A stretch of DNA of 64,000 nucleotides, from positions 40,337,423 through 40,401,422 of the forward strand of contig NC_068991.1 in the NCBI RefSeq assembly GCF_001194135.2, written 5' to 3'. The DNA is from Octopus bimaculoides (taxonomy: Eukaryota). Of the stretch, positions 40,193 to 52,227 are shown in pieces (within the stretch, counting starts at the first letter, position 1; every line of letters starts with the position of its first letter). The notes under the pieces were generated by a model, which was not told the DNA's origin, searched no databases, and worked only from the letters and a program-made list of their open reading frames with translations. The position numbers and the translations under genes are program-made.

Positions 40193-40625
40193 CATCATCA
40201 CCATCATCATTCTAATGCCCACTTTTCCATGCTTGCATGAGTCAGAATTTACTGAGGTAGATTTTCTGTAGCCAGATGCCTTTCCATTGCCAACCCTAAT
40301 CTTTTTCCAAGCAAGATATTTCTATATGGCCAGAGATGTTTTAACAGAATATTGGAAATGAATAACACTGCTTGTATGACAATGACACTTGTTTACAACT
40401 ACCATGTGATGTCATGACAAGGAGACACAATCACACATATACACAAACGCATGTGCACATGACAGACTTCTTTCAGTCTCCATCTGCCAAATCTGCTCAC
40501 ACAGCCTTGGTTGGCTATGGCTAAAGTAGAAGGTACTTGCCCAAGGTGCCACACAATAGGGCTGAACCTAAAACAGTATAGTTATAAAGCAGACTTTTCA
40601 ACCACATTGCTATATCCATGCCTAT
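40193..40625 (-). mobile_element. tRNA-headed SINE, family A head with RTE-like 3' tail; + strand copies at 43499-43990, 49563-49900, 54780-55205 and 55697-56075
   Basis: Same head and core as 35010, but the end is ggcatc.ggct.tagaaa...catgcaagcatggaaaagtgg.cattag.atgatgatg. Confidence 0.75.
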
Positions 40626-43600
40626 ATATGTAGTATAAACAAATGCACTGCTATAGACATGTGATTTAATTTCCCAATGAGTGATAAATGAATAGGTGTT
40701 ATATGATGACGGCTGTTCTTGTTTAGCCCAGGTCAGTCTGTGAAAGGAATTCAAGCTGTGGTGACACCATCATTTTGGTGGGTTTGTAGGACTACATTTT
40801 GTAATGCATCCTTTCCTTTTGAAGACAGCAGGATGTGATTTGACAGATTTGGATGTTATTTCTGGCAAGTCAAAAAACCAAACAGAGGCTCCTTTGGCAA
40901 AGGGAAACCAAAGTAGACCTAGGAAGTGGGTGGAATTAGATACCAGAATGCTGGGCTGTATTGACAAAATATCAAGATATTGGCGCCTTGTCATGATATG
41001 GTGCCGATATAGTAAAACTGGATATTCATCATTTCATGTCCATTTTCCGTTCCAAAGTAGGTTGAGCAGGTCATTACTGCTTTCCTAGATAAAGGACCAC
41101 ATCTTACTCATAAGTTTAATTTTATGACTTGATTTGTATGACTGGATGCACTTCCTATTACCAAGGCTGTTCCTCTCACCTATGCTAATAATGGTGGTAA
41201 CAGTTACACAGTACTTTATATTCACAACTCACTGTCCATCAATCACTGGCTCATCTTAGAAATAGCAATGGTTATATTTTAATATAACCATTGCTTATTT
41301 TAACTGAGAAGTAAGGCACTTCTTCACTTCCACTATTTGGTCAAGTGTCAGTGCCACACATAATTTATGTATTTACTTAGGGTGATAACAGCACACTTTT
41401 AATCTCTTCCATTAGAGGCACAGTGAAAATCAAGTCTGCAGTTAAGGACTAAACTCTTATATAATTCCCAAGAAACTTCTGGCATAACATTATTCGCCAA
41501 AAGGAACTCCTTGAACCAGACAAAAGTTCATCTACAAAACAACCACCACCACTAGCATCATATCAACAGTTCTTCAACATATTAAATACTACCATTTAGC
41601 CACAGCATAATCATAAGGAAGCAGTTGTACTTAATATTTTCAGAGTCCCCCGTGATTAGATGTTATTACTTACACAAACACACAAAGAGTATTGTATCAT
41701 AGTAAATAGCTTAGTAATAATAAATAGTAATAGATAAATTGTAATAATTTGAAAATTTAATGGGTAGGGATACATTTGAATGGGATGTACTGTTCCTATG
41801 TTCTAAGAGATTATTTTTTACTATCCTATATTTTTGTTTTAAATTTACATTAATTTAGGTAAGTTTTTTATTTATTTATTTTGTGTTGAGAGCATTTTCT
41901 GTAAAAATAAGCTTACTTTCTACTTTCTATTCAATGTAATCTTGGAATAGTGGATGTTGATACAATGATGGTGATAATCATCATGAAGTATAAAAAAGAG
42001 ATGCAAAGGTTAGCTTTTATTACCATGCAGCTTTGACAGATAACCTATCCATTCATTTTCAATGCTAAAATTTCTCTTTACCAGAGATAGAAATTGTAAC
42101 CAATTGATTTTTAGAAGTCAAGCTAATGCTATTTCTAGTCAGTTACTTGATTAGCTAGCAATAGCTGCCTTCGCTCAGACTAAATCCCCCCAGGCTAAAC
42201 AACAACTTTTAGTCGGTCTCTGTAACCCTTTAGTACTTAAACCAACTACATCCAAACAAAATCTTTTACCTGTTTTATGTTCAAACTGGCCAGATCTGGC
42301 CTCTCACACCTACCCTGCTGTCATTGTAAAAATAAACAATACCATCATTGAAATCTTGGAGCTTCAAAATAATAACCTTCCATAATTGTTTTCACGTCAC
42401 CACATCAGTAAAATAACTCAATAAAATAATTAATTTTATTTCTCCAGAAAATAGAAATGGCTTGAATAATAAAGTTTAATTCATCATCATACATATTTTT
42501 CCTTGCTGATATAGCTTGAGCCATTTCACAGGGTCTTGTCACTTGTTTTAGACCCCTGTCATTTACAGCACACAGTAACAGAGAAAATCAATCAACAATG
42601 TTGTTTTGTATTGTATACCTTAGAGTCTGTTCTATCTGTTCCTTAGCTTGCCACCAGTGCTAGAGAGCGTATCCATGCAATAAGCCTAGAAGCTCCCTCC
42701 AGTATCTTGAAGATTAGCCTTTCTCTTCAGAACTAGAACACACAGGTGAGATGCACAATGAGGTAGTGCTCCTATATCTGGGATGCTGCTGCTGCTATGC
42801 AGTTATCTTAGACCACATCCAGAGAAATAGCCACTCAGCAAATATGCCTCTAGCCTCTGGATTACAGGCATACTCTGTTTTCTTTGCCTTTTTTACCACT
42901 ATAGTAGCCCCTGCTGATCTTTTGCCACTCTCACTAAGGCAGTCTCATTTCACTCATCTCCCCTCCTTTTATCAACTATGTTGTCCTATTCCCTTCAGGG
43001 TCCTGTACTAACTACTACATCAAGCCCATTCTTACCAAAGATTCAACCTCCTGTAATTCCCTCCCTGTACATATCCTTCTATAGTTGTTGCTTTGTAGCA
43101 GTCTAAGTGGAATATTTATATATTAGTCTCATTGGCCTCAGAGGGTCCATTCTAACTAAATAATAATAATGATGATAATAATAATAATTATTATTTTTAT
43201 TATTCTTTCACTGCTCTTTCTTAAATAAATACTGAAGAAGCTAAATGATCCAGTTTTAAACATGGAAAAGTTTGTTTATTCTGTAATTGTTTGCATATAC
43301 TTTGTAAAATGGAAACTGAACAACTCCATATTGAAGATAACATATCTGGGTGAAGGAATAGCCAAAGTAAAGCTTCTGTATTCTTTGTGTAATATCCATA
43401 TGTTCATCTAGAGTAGTAGCTGCTAACAGATCTAAAGGAATTTTACCACATTTATCGCTGTTGATTATTTCTGCAATTCTAAATTATACAAAATATAATT
43501 CATGGTTGTGTGATTAAGAAGTTTGCTTCCCAATCATGTGTTTGCAAGTTCCTTAGGCAAGTGTCTTCGACTATAGCTCCAGGAACCAACCAAAGCTTTA

Positions 43601-44149
43601 TGAGTGGATTTAGTGGATAAAAACTAAAAGAAACCCATCATGATTGTTTGAACGCACATCATTGTGTGTTGTTTGTGAGTGAGTTTGCATTTCCCCCCTC
43701 ATCTTCATGTGTGTTCACTGATTGTAAACATAATGCTGTTCATGCAGATGATATCGTTTGCTTGCAGTCTGCTACAAAAGTACATCATGGTTCCTTGACA
43801 TGTTGTGCAATCTTTGTAAACAAAAGACATTCAGATGATATCTTTTGTTTCTTTTTCTCTGCATAACCATGTCCAGCTTGCTGTTCCATAAACTGGGAGA
43901 TTATTAGATTATTACCTTGCTTGAAAACAGATGAGTGCTGATGTCAGGAAGGGTATCCAGCCATAGAAAACTCTACCCCAATATCCTCTGACGAAAAAAA
44001 AAACAATGTAATAACTATTACACACAGTATTAAGTTGATAATTATATCTTACCTCTTATTGATGACACTAACAAAGACAAATTCATTTTGTACTAAAAGT
44101 CTATCATTAATATTGAATTTACTAGCCATAGAATTTTTAAAAATTGAAG

Positions 44150-47100
44150 AACAATGACCGTATAATTAAGGCCAGTTGTTTAGAAATATCTTTAGATTTA
44201 ACTCCAAGTAAACAGAAGAATCAAAATGGACAAGAAAGCTCAACTAAACAAATTTAACATTCCCAAGAAATTCTCTTTATTGTGGTAAGAAGTTTGTTGT
44301 AAGTCAATGGATTCAAGTATTTACTAACAATTATTGGTACCAACCTTAATCCTAACAAACTAGAGATTTTATTGTTGCATATTGGGCTTAATGTAATAAA
44401 CATACAATGTTATGCAAGTTTTAATTATTCTTTAAAACAGCTTCAATCAATGAAATATCTGCAAGACACTATCTTTGAACTATAAGAGATTGTTTTACCC
44501 ATGGAGTAGTTCAAATCATTATTGGGGCCAGACATAGAATAAACCCATCTGATAGGCTAGATCTTTGGAACAAGTTTAATCTAATCCTCTTTAGTTCTGA
44601 AAGTTTCTGATGCCAACAAGAATTTAAGTGTTAAATTTGAACGATCTGACACAATAAATCCTAAGCATAGAAACCATGCCTTCCTGTGGCAACTTTGTGC
44701 CTTTTAACCTGCTAAAACTACTTCCAAAATGTAAAAGGATACACACTGGGCTATTGTAAGCCAATCCAGTGGCCACACCACTTCTGCCTTACAGTCTAAG
44801 GTATCTTCAGCTATTCCACTTTACACCTATGATTATGAGAAAAATAATAGCAAGGTAATTGAAATTATCACAGATGCAGAATCATCTGAAAATTTTATGC
44901 CAAAATGTAGCTGGTTGACCCTTCCTAGAAATATATCCAAAACAGGTAGTGTTTTACCATTTTTATAGCTACATCTGAACTAACAGCATGAATTAATGGA
45001 TTTTGTATCACTAAAATATCTATAAAAAATGAATAAAAATCCAGAAGTTTCTGTGATTCTGAAACTTTGTGCTGATGGAACTATAGAATGTCTTTTCTAT
45101 TATTTAATCAGATAAAGTAATTAGAGTTACTGTGATAGTTGCATTGGGAAGCTGATTTTAGTACCCTGATATATATCAGCTAGATTTAAAGAATTTAAAT
45201 GGAGTAAAGAGCAAGATAAGGCCTTTTGTATGGTTATCGCTCATCTTTCAGAGGCTCCAGTTTTGCAACTGAACTCAATGGAGAAGCTGAGCACTCTCAT
45301 TGTAGATGCATCCTTGATTGCAGTAGCTGGGTTGTTATTCCAGGAAGGATACCCAGTAGCATTCATAAGTCACACCTTTACCCAGGCACAACAAAATTGG
45401 TCAAACATAGAGAGAGAGAGATGCTTATGCAGTGGTATGATGCATAAGTAGGCTGCAGCATTTCCTTCTGGGAAAGCAGTTTTATTTGGAAACAGATCAC
45501 CAGCCTTTAAAAACCTTGTCTGCAATGGATTTAGATGTATCTTGATGTGCTTCATAAAAAATAGCAAGGTGGAATTTGATTCTATCACAGTACAATTTTG
45601 TTGTTAAGCATGTTCCGGGTAAAAGTATTCCGCACATCATTGCCCTCTTTCGATTGATGTATAATGAGACTAGCAAAGATGATATAATTTTCTTTGCTTT
45701 GCATTTAGACAAATATGACAGTGTGTGGCAGGACATCAATCCCATAATGACGGAAGGCATCTGAAAACAGCCAAGTGCAAACGCATTATATGACAAAATA
45801 AAGGAAGAATTCTACAGCAAAACTGGAGATCGGTCTCGAATCTAGAATGTGCATTTGTTAAAGAGAATTATTTCCTAACATGCAAAAATGGCTTAATATA
45901 TCATAAGAATCATCCGTTTATTCCAGCTCCTTATAGAGTCGCAGTATTAACTAAAATACACAACGCACACATGGCATTCAACAAACAATTAATAAGACAT
46001 GACTCTGTTTGATGGCCTGTGTTGGCTTACTCGGTGGAGAAGTTTGTCAAATCTTGTGATAGCTGCCAGAGAGTTAGGCCAAATTTGGTACAGGCAAATG
46101 ATTCATGGCCTATTTCTGGGCCCTGAGAATGTGTGCATATGGACTAGGCATATGTTCCAAACACCAGTAACATAGATGCCTATTCAACATAGATTGAGGC
46201 ATTCTTGTGTCCTAATCATTCGATGAGGTGGTAAGAACCAAGCTGCTTGAGGCCTTTGCTCGTTTTGGTGTGCCCACAGCTTTAGTATTGGACAATAGGC
46301 CTGAATTTGTTGCATTAAAGAATATGCTGTCATGAATGGGTTGCAAAACAATTGAGACACTCACAGTCTGGCATCTAATGGTGCCACTGAAAGGGCTGTA
46401 CAAATTGTGAAAGCTGTGCTGAAACATTTTAATCCGAAGACCAGGAATTTCAGCAACTACTTGAACAAAATTCTGTTCAACCATTGGAGTGCTTCGGGTG
46501 GTTGTAAATTATCACTGGCCAAAAAGTTAATGAAAAGACCATTGAGGGTTACTGTAAACACATTCTTTGAAGTAGGTGAGGATGTAATACACAAAACCAT
46601 GTTCGACAAGGTTGCATTCAAGGCAAAATATGTGATACATGCTGGAAAGAATATTGCATGGATTAAGGAGTAGGGTCACTCACCGCAGTTAGTGACAGTT
46701 GAGTAACTGGCCCCACTAAACAGATGGGAACCAGAATTGAGCACAACACCTGGGACAGTGGTTCATGCTGAGTCTGCAAGGATGCCTAACATTGACAGTG
46801 CAATTATATCAAATCCTAAGGCTAGGCAGGAGAAGCTTAATATTGACAATGCTAGCTACTGAAGGTCAACCATGAAAATTTCATCAAGTCCTCAACTAAG
46901 GCGAAGTGCAAGAATTGCTGCTGGATGTAAAAAGCCAAAACATTTCAAGGAGAAATAATATGATAGTTGCATTGGGTTGCTGATTTTGGTATCCTGATAT
47001 ATAACTCTCAAGGGAAGTCTCATGCAACCACGTGGAAATCATGAGATGAGATGAGAGATGAATGAGCTGGCAGTCATAAAAGGGGTGATACCACTATGCA

Positions 47101-49310
47101 CAGAGGATGATGCTAGGAACTGTACAGTCTGGCCCTTGGAATGAGCTGTGTAATCTTGCAGTTGCAAACATTCAACATATTTTCTATAACAGTGAAGCAC
47201 AACAGTTACTTTATTATGAATCAGAACCTTTCATAGTTTTATTCAACTACAAGTGGCTCTAAAATGCAAACCTGTTTCATCCAAACCTCACTGACACAGT
47301 TTAGAAAATAAAGAACTGATAGTCAGAAATTTCAAAACTTTTAAGGAATGAATTCATAGAACCAAGTAGTTCACCAAAGTGGGTTCAGATTTAAGTTGTT
47401 ATGGCAATTCCATCAAGAAAAGACTTACAAAAGATTTCTCTCTCAAACTATCAACCATTTTACAAAGCTAAATGGTTATCCAGTTCTCTGTATAAATGAT
47501 CTGATCAATGTTATATCCAACCATAAATATTATGGCAAAAATTATCTAAGTAGCACTAATTATCAAGTTGCTATAATACCTGTAGAGTGACCATATGCAG
47601 CTTTCTAAGCATCTAGAGGTCTATATCATCTTACTTGCATTCCTATGGTTACTACAAATGGTCATCTAGAAATTTATCAATGAAAATAATCTTAAATTTA
47701 TATTTAGATGATATTTTAGTTTGTAGTGAAACAAAATCAGAGCAAAAAACCAACAATTCAAATTTCTTTAAAGCTGCCAAACATAATAAACTGACCTTAA
47801 ACAAAAATAGATCTAATAACTGTTTATATATATTAACTTCTTAGGTTATCTGATTTCATGTGAAGGATCATGTGTTAATCAAGAAAACCATTAAATTCTT
47901 GAAGAGCTAGCTCTACCTCATAATAGTAAAGAAATTCAGTTTATTGTATATTATACCCAATAGATCCTTCCCACTCTTATGAAATAAGGTCATTACTTGT
48001 TGCACATTTTCTTCTATCTGAAGACACTGTAAGCTGTATCAGTTCTATTTCAAATAATCTTAAACAAGCCATCTTCAGCCACTATCAATATGATTTACAT
48101 TTTATCATTGAAACATGATATTGATGAAACTATTGCTGCAATATTATCACTATAATCTATAATATTTTCCTCAAGGTTCTTAAATAATTCTCAAAAAAAA
48201 AACTTCTTGTCACATTGTTGAATAAGAAATGTGTGCAGTTAGAGAGACTGTGAGACAATGGAAATATTTTTCCATAAAATATTTTGATTTAGTGACAGAT
48301 CAAAGGTTTGTTTCATTTCATATTTGACAATACGAACCAAGGGAAGATTTTAAGAAAACAAAACTCCTGGGTTTTGACTGATTTTCTTTGCTGTTTAGCT
48401 ATAAGCTGTAGATCTGGCCTGGATAATCTTTCAGTTGATTGTCTGTCTTGTACTTGTGCTATTACTTTTGCAACTTTAAATTGCTACATAATTCCTTTGT
48501 GCACTGCAGTAAATACAAATGCTTCGTTTTATAAAAGTTTGTAAACCAATTTTCATTAAAGAAGTATGAGTCTGCACCAATTTGCCAGGCATATGATAAA
48601 CTTAAATGGAACTGATATTTTCTGAAGGGTACTTCGATTTTAAAGGACTTCTTTCTCATTCTAACAACTCAAATGTATACTTACTACAATTGATGAATTT
48701 TCTTATTTACCATTTGCCTATCTATACCTTGATACAATTAGAGAGTACCTAACTCATCACTTCTCAATTTTTAGTCAACCATTGTTTATTTTTTTAGGGG
48801 AAGAGTGGGTAGCTTCTTCATATTTGTCAAATTTAAACAGTTGCTAAAAAGCAATCAGATTTGTACATGCCATATCATCTTGTAATTCTTTAGGGAACTC
48901 AGTGCAAAAGGCATAAGAATCTCTGGAATCATATAAAGTTATTCCTTGCACAATGGAAGACTAGATGTGTTACTAGATGTTCTTTCTATTTTCTGAGTGA
49001 CATCTACCTGATCTATGTGTCCCACATGGTTGTCTGAACTTGGTACAGGCTATCTGCATTATTACATACTTAATTCAAAATTGAAATTTCTAGTAAAGCT
49101 TTTATATCTTGTAACAGCTATTGGAATTATCAAGTTGACTAGAAAACTTGATTTCTACAAGCCATCTAACTCCTGTCAGATACAATGAACATCACACTAT
49201 GCTAGTTATTCATTGTGTAAGTGACAAATAGGTATCTGTGGTTCAAGAAAACTGCTTTATTCCAGTTGATACATCTACCAACTATAACCCAAACACTTAG
49301 ATGGTAAAGT
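44150..49310 (+). mobile_element. Old Ty3/Gypsy LTR retrotransposon (gag/protease, RT, RNase H and integrase remnants), interrupted at 45131-47204; boundaries approximate
   Basis: ITDAESSENF (protease-like) at about 44865, then SQTINHFTKLNGYPVLCINDLIN, LYLDDILVCSET (RT YxDD), ETVRQWKYF, LVTDQR, RSGLDNLSVDCLS (RNase H), DFKGLL and LTTIDEFS (integrase), in many broken frames. LTRs were not identified. Confidence 0.75.
45131..47204 (+). mobile_element. Internally deleted Ty3/Gypsy element with intact outer ends
   Basis: Starts TG, ends CA, with GTTAC on both sides (45126-45130, 47205-47209). The 5' LTR stub 45131-45175 matches the 3' LTR start 46959-47003 at 40 of 45 positions, and a purine tract lies at 46947-46958. 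RNase H IVDASLIAVAGLLFQEGYPVAFISHT and integrase FARFGVPTALVLDN remnants are present. Confidence 0.92.
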
Positions 49311-49984
49311 GTATATTATTTTGTAGATCAACAAGAACTTGTATATTGATTGTGAAATTTGTAAACTCTGTTTTTAATAAGTTGGCTTTCATTTCATTGT
49401 TTTAATTAACTTTATAGTTAATGACCAATGTGAAATTGAAACCTGAAATATCTAATATTGTAATAGTTTAAAGTAAAAATAAATAAATAGGATTCATATT
49501 TTAATTTATGCAGTAGATAATAATAAAAAAAAGTATAACATGCTTATCAAGAATACATAAATGCTAACCATGTGATTTTGGGTTTAGACCCACTGTGGGG
49601 TACTTTGAGAAAGTGTTTTCTACAATAACCTCAAGCCAAACAAAGTTTTGTGAATGGATTTGTTAGATAGAAACTGAAAGAAGCCTTTCACATGGATGTA
49701 TTGTTTCCTTGATGGTATGTGATAGTTATAAGCAAGCATCACTATCATACAAGCAGCATCCAATCTGCTTCATGAGAAATTGATATTATTTTGTTTGGAA
49801 GCAGGTGAGAGTTGTAACAAGAATATCCAGCTGCAGATGATTTGTCTCAATCAATTCCATTTGATCCATACAGGCATTGAAAAGTGGACATTAAAACAGT
49901 GACTACTTAACCTTAAAAATAGTTATCCTTTATACTTTCTTCCAGTGATGGCTGCTGACAGTGTATTTTTTCCAAATTGATTAA

Positions 49985-51543
49985 CACTCTACCATCTAAA
50001 CTGGCCATATCTGGCTCAAATATTCTACTTATTTCATGTTCAAACTGGCCAGATCTGGTTGCTCACACCTACCTTACAATGTTATTCTAAATGTAAACAA
50101 TCACATCATCATAATTTTGAAATTTCAAGATAATGCATAATTAATTCAAAATAATGTGTAATAATACGAAACTAAATGTACTTAGTTTCACATTGTTAAA
50201 AACGCTGTTGCAGATAAATGGCTGGGTGATCAACAGTCAAACAGAAAACCAATCACTCTGCATCACATTATTGTAGTGCCTGCATGGCACAATATGGTGA
50301 CAGCGGTAAAACAAGATAAATATATTGAATCAAAAATAATCGGATTACCAGCACATTATTATCATTAGACTTTGCTCAACGCTACCAATGTACCAGTATT
50401 ATCACTGGACATGACGTGACACAAAACAAAAGAACAAGAAGAAAACAGATACACAGTGACAAACTGCAGGAATACACATGTTTAGCTGGAGGTATTGCTA
50501 CAAATTTATATACAAGACAATTGTTATCATATCAGTTATATGTTGTGCCACAGAAAATAACCAAATCACACAGTGTTGTATTGCACAAGAAAAACAACAA
50601 TAATATGGCAACATCTCACATTCCCCAAAATGCAGTGGCACACAGACAATGCAGCCGAAACCCTGCAAATATTCAAACAAAACATGTACTATTGTGAAGA
50701 TGAGGAAGTTACAGAACAATGGAAAATAGCATTAGAAATATTAAGAGGCATTGGAAATGAAGGACTCAAACGTCTGAATGCATCTAGCTTATCAGAGGCT
50801 GACAAGAAAAACCCAAATAAACTGTGGGAATTATTCAAAGCACAAGTCAAGACAAACTTCAATTTCAGGGTACATCACCTTCAACTGATGGCATGTAGAC
50901 AGATAGTATGAACAGACCACTCAGATGGAAACACCTGCCAAATTGCCCAACAGTATAGAGACAAACAACTGTCCAACAGACCCTACAAACTCCAGGAAAT
51001 GGGTTACAGACCCTACAAACTCCATGGAACATGCTACTCAACTTGACTCAAGGAAAGAAATCACAAATGCTCCTCCTGATACCAATGCAGGAACACAAAA
51101 TAATGGCCAGACACATGAGAAGTGCTCAACGCCAACCCCCAAAAGGATCACAAGATGAGGCAGAACAGGGAAAACACCAGGGTGCTACAAAAACTTTGTA
51201 CCATAAAACTATTCATGTTATTTGAAGTGCATGTTGCGTGTTACTCTTGCAACAAAACGTTTTTGTTTTTTTTCCATTCTTTGAGAGAGAAGAAACCCTA
51301 TTTTCATTTGTCAGTTTTATTAGTCTATGAATTACTTAAAGAAAAGTGGGGTGTTGTAATGATATGAAACTAAATGTACTTAGTTTCACATTGTTAAATA
51401 TGCTGTTGTGGATAAAAGGCAGCAACTCGGTGGTTAGGAGATCGACAGTCAAATAGACAACCAATCATTCTGCATTGCTTTATTGTAGTGCCTGCATGGC
51501 ACAGTAAGCATTGCATTTGACAAAATAATCTGAAAGTTAAGGG
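49985..51543. mobile_element. TTAA MITE copy split by the LTR element
   Basis: The left part ends aattaattcaaaataa at 50154 and the right part resumes gtaagcattgcatttgacaaaataatctgaa at 51504. These are contiguous in the intact copy at 60031-60250. Confidence 0.75.
50155..51503 (+). mobile_element. 1.35-kb non-autonomous LTR element (two short LTRs, PBS, gag fragment, PPT)
   Basis: LTRs at 50155-50291 and 51352-51503 (TG...CA), PBS tggtgacagcggt at 50295-50307, PPT aaagaaaagtgggg at 51338-51351. ORF 50573-50911 encodes a Gypsy Gag-like N-terminus (IALEILRGIGNEGLKRLNAS...NPNKLWELF...NFRVHHLQL). Confidence 0.88.
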
Positions 51544-52195
51544 CTACATCTGACACTTTCTTAATTACAATATCCTAGGCTTTTTTTTTTATTTTATTAC
51601 ATTAAGCATTTAATTCATGAAATCTAACCATTTTGAAAAAGATATTTCATTATCAAATGCTTTTTTAAATTCTAATATTATACAGTGGCAATATTATTTT
51701 TAAAAGCATCTTGTATAACTAGTATGAACAAAAATATCCTATCTGGGCCAAAGAAATTTTAATTCATGTGTTTGAATATGTGTGTGTGTGTGTAGAAGAA
51801 GAAGAATGTGCAAATATATGTGTATATATATTTAGAAGTTTGTGTGGTTAAGAAGCTCACTTTGCAACTACATGGTTTTGAGTTCAATCCTACTCTGCAG
51901 CACCTTGGACAAGTTTCTTCAATTGTAACTCCACACTGACCATTACCTTGTGAAAAAACTGAGTTGACAGGAACTGTGTGGAGGTCCATCATGTGTGTTT
52001 GTGTTTGGTCTTCCCACCACCACTTCACAATTGGTGTTGGTTTGTTTATGTCTCTGTGACTCAGCAGTTCAGCTAAAGAAATCATTAGAATAAGTATCAG
52101 GTTTAAAATGTTAGTACTGGTATCAATTTATACAAGTAAACTCTGCAAGGCAACATGAGTGTGTATACTTGTTCATTTTAATTGAAATTTGTCAG

Positions 52196-52227
52196 GTTTT
52201 TGTGCAACAATTTCTGTTGACAGCCAG
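52196..52227 (+). other. Candidate 32-nt micro-exon upstream of the PMCA ATG exon
   Basis: Acceptor-like cattttaattgaaatttgtcag, then 32 nt, then consensus donor CAG|gtaagc. Confidence 0.3.

Noticed and set aside
40770-41088. Overlapping opposite-strand ORFs of 74 and 94 aa
   Set aside because: They overlap a dispersed repeat, show no recognisable domain and lack convincing splice signals.
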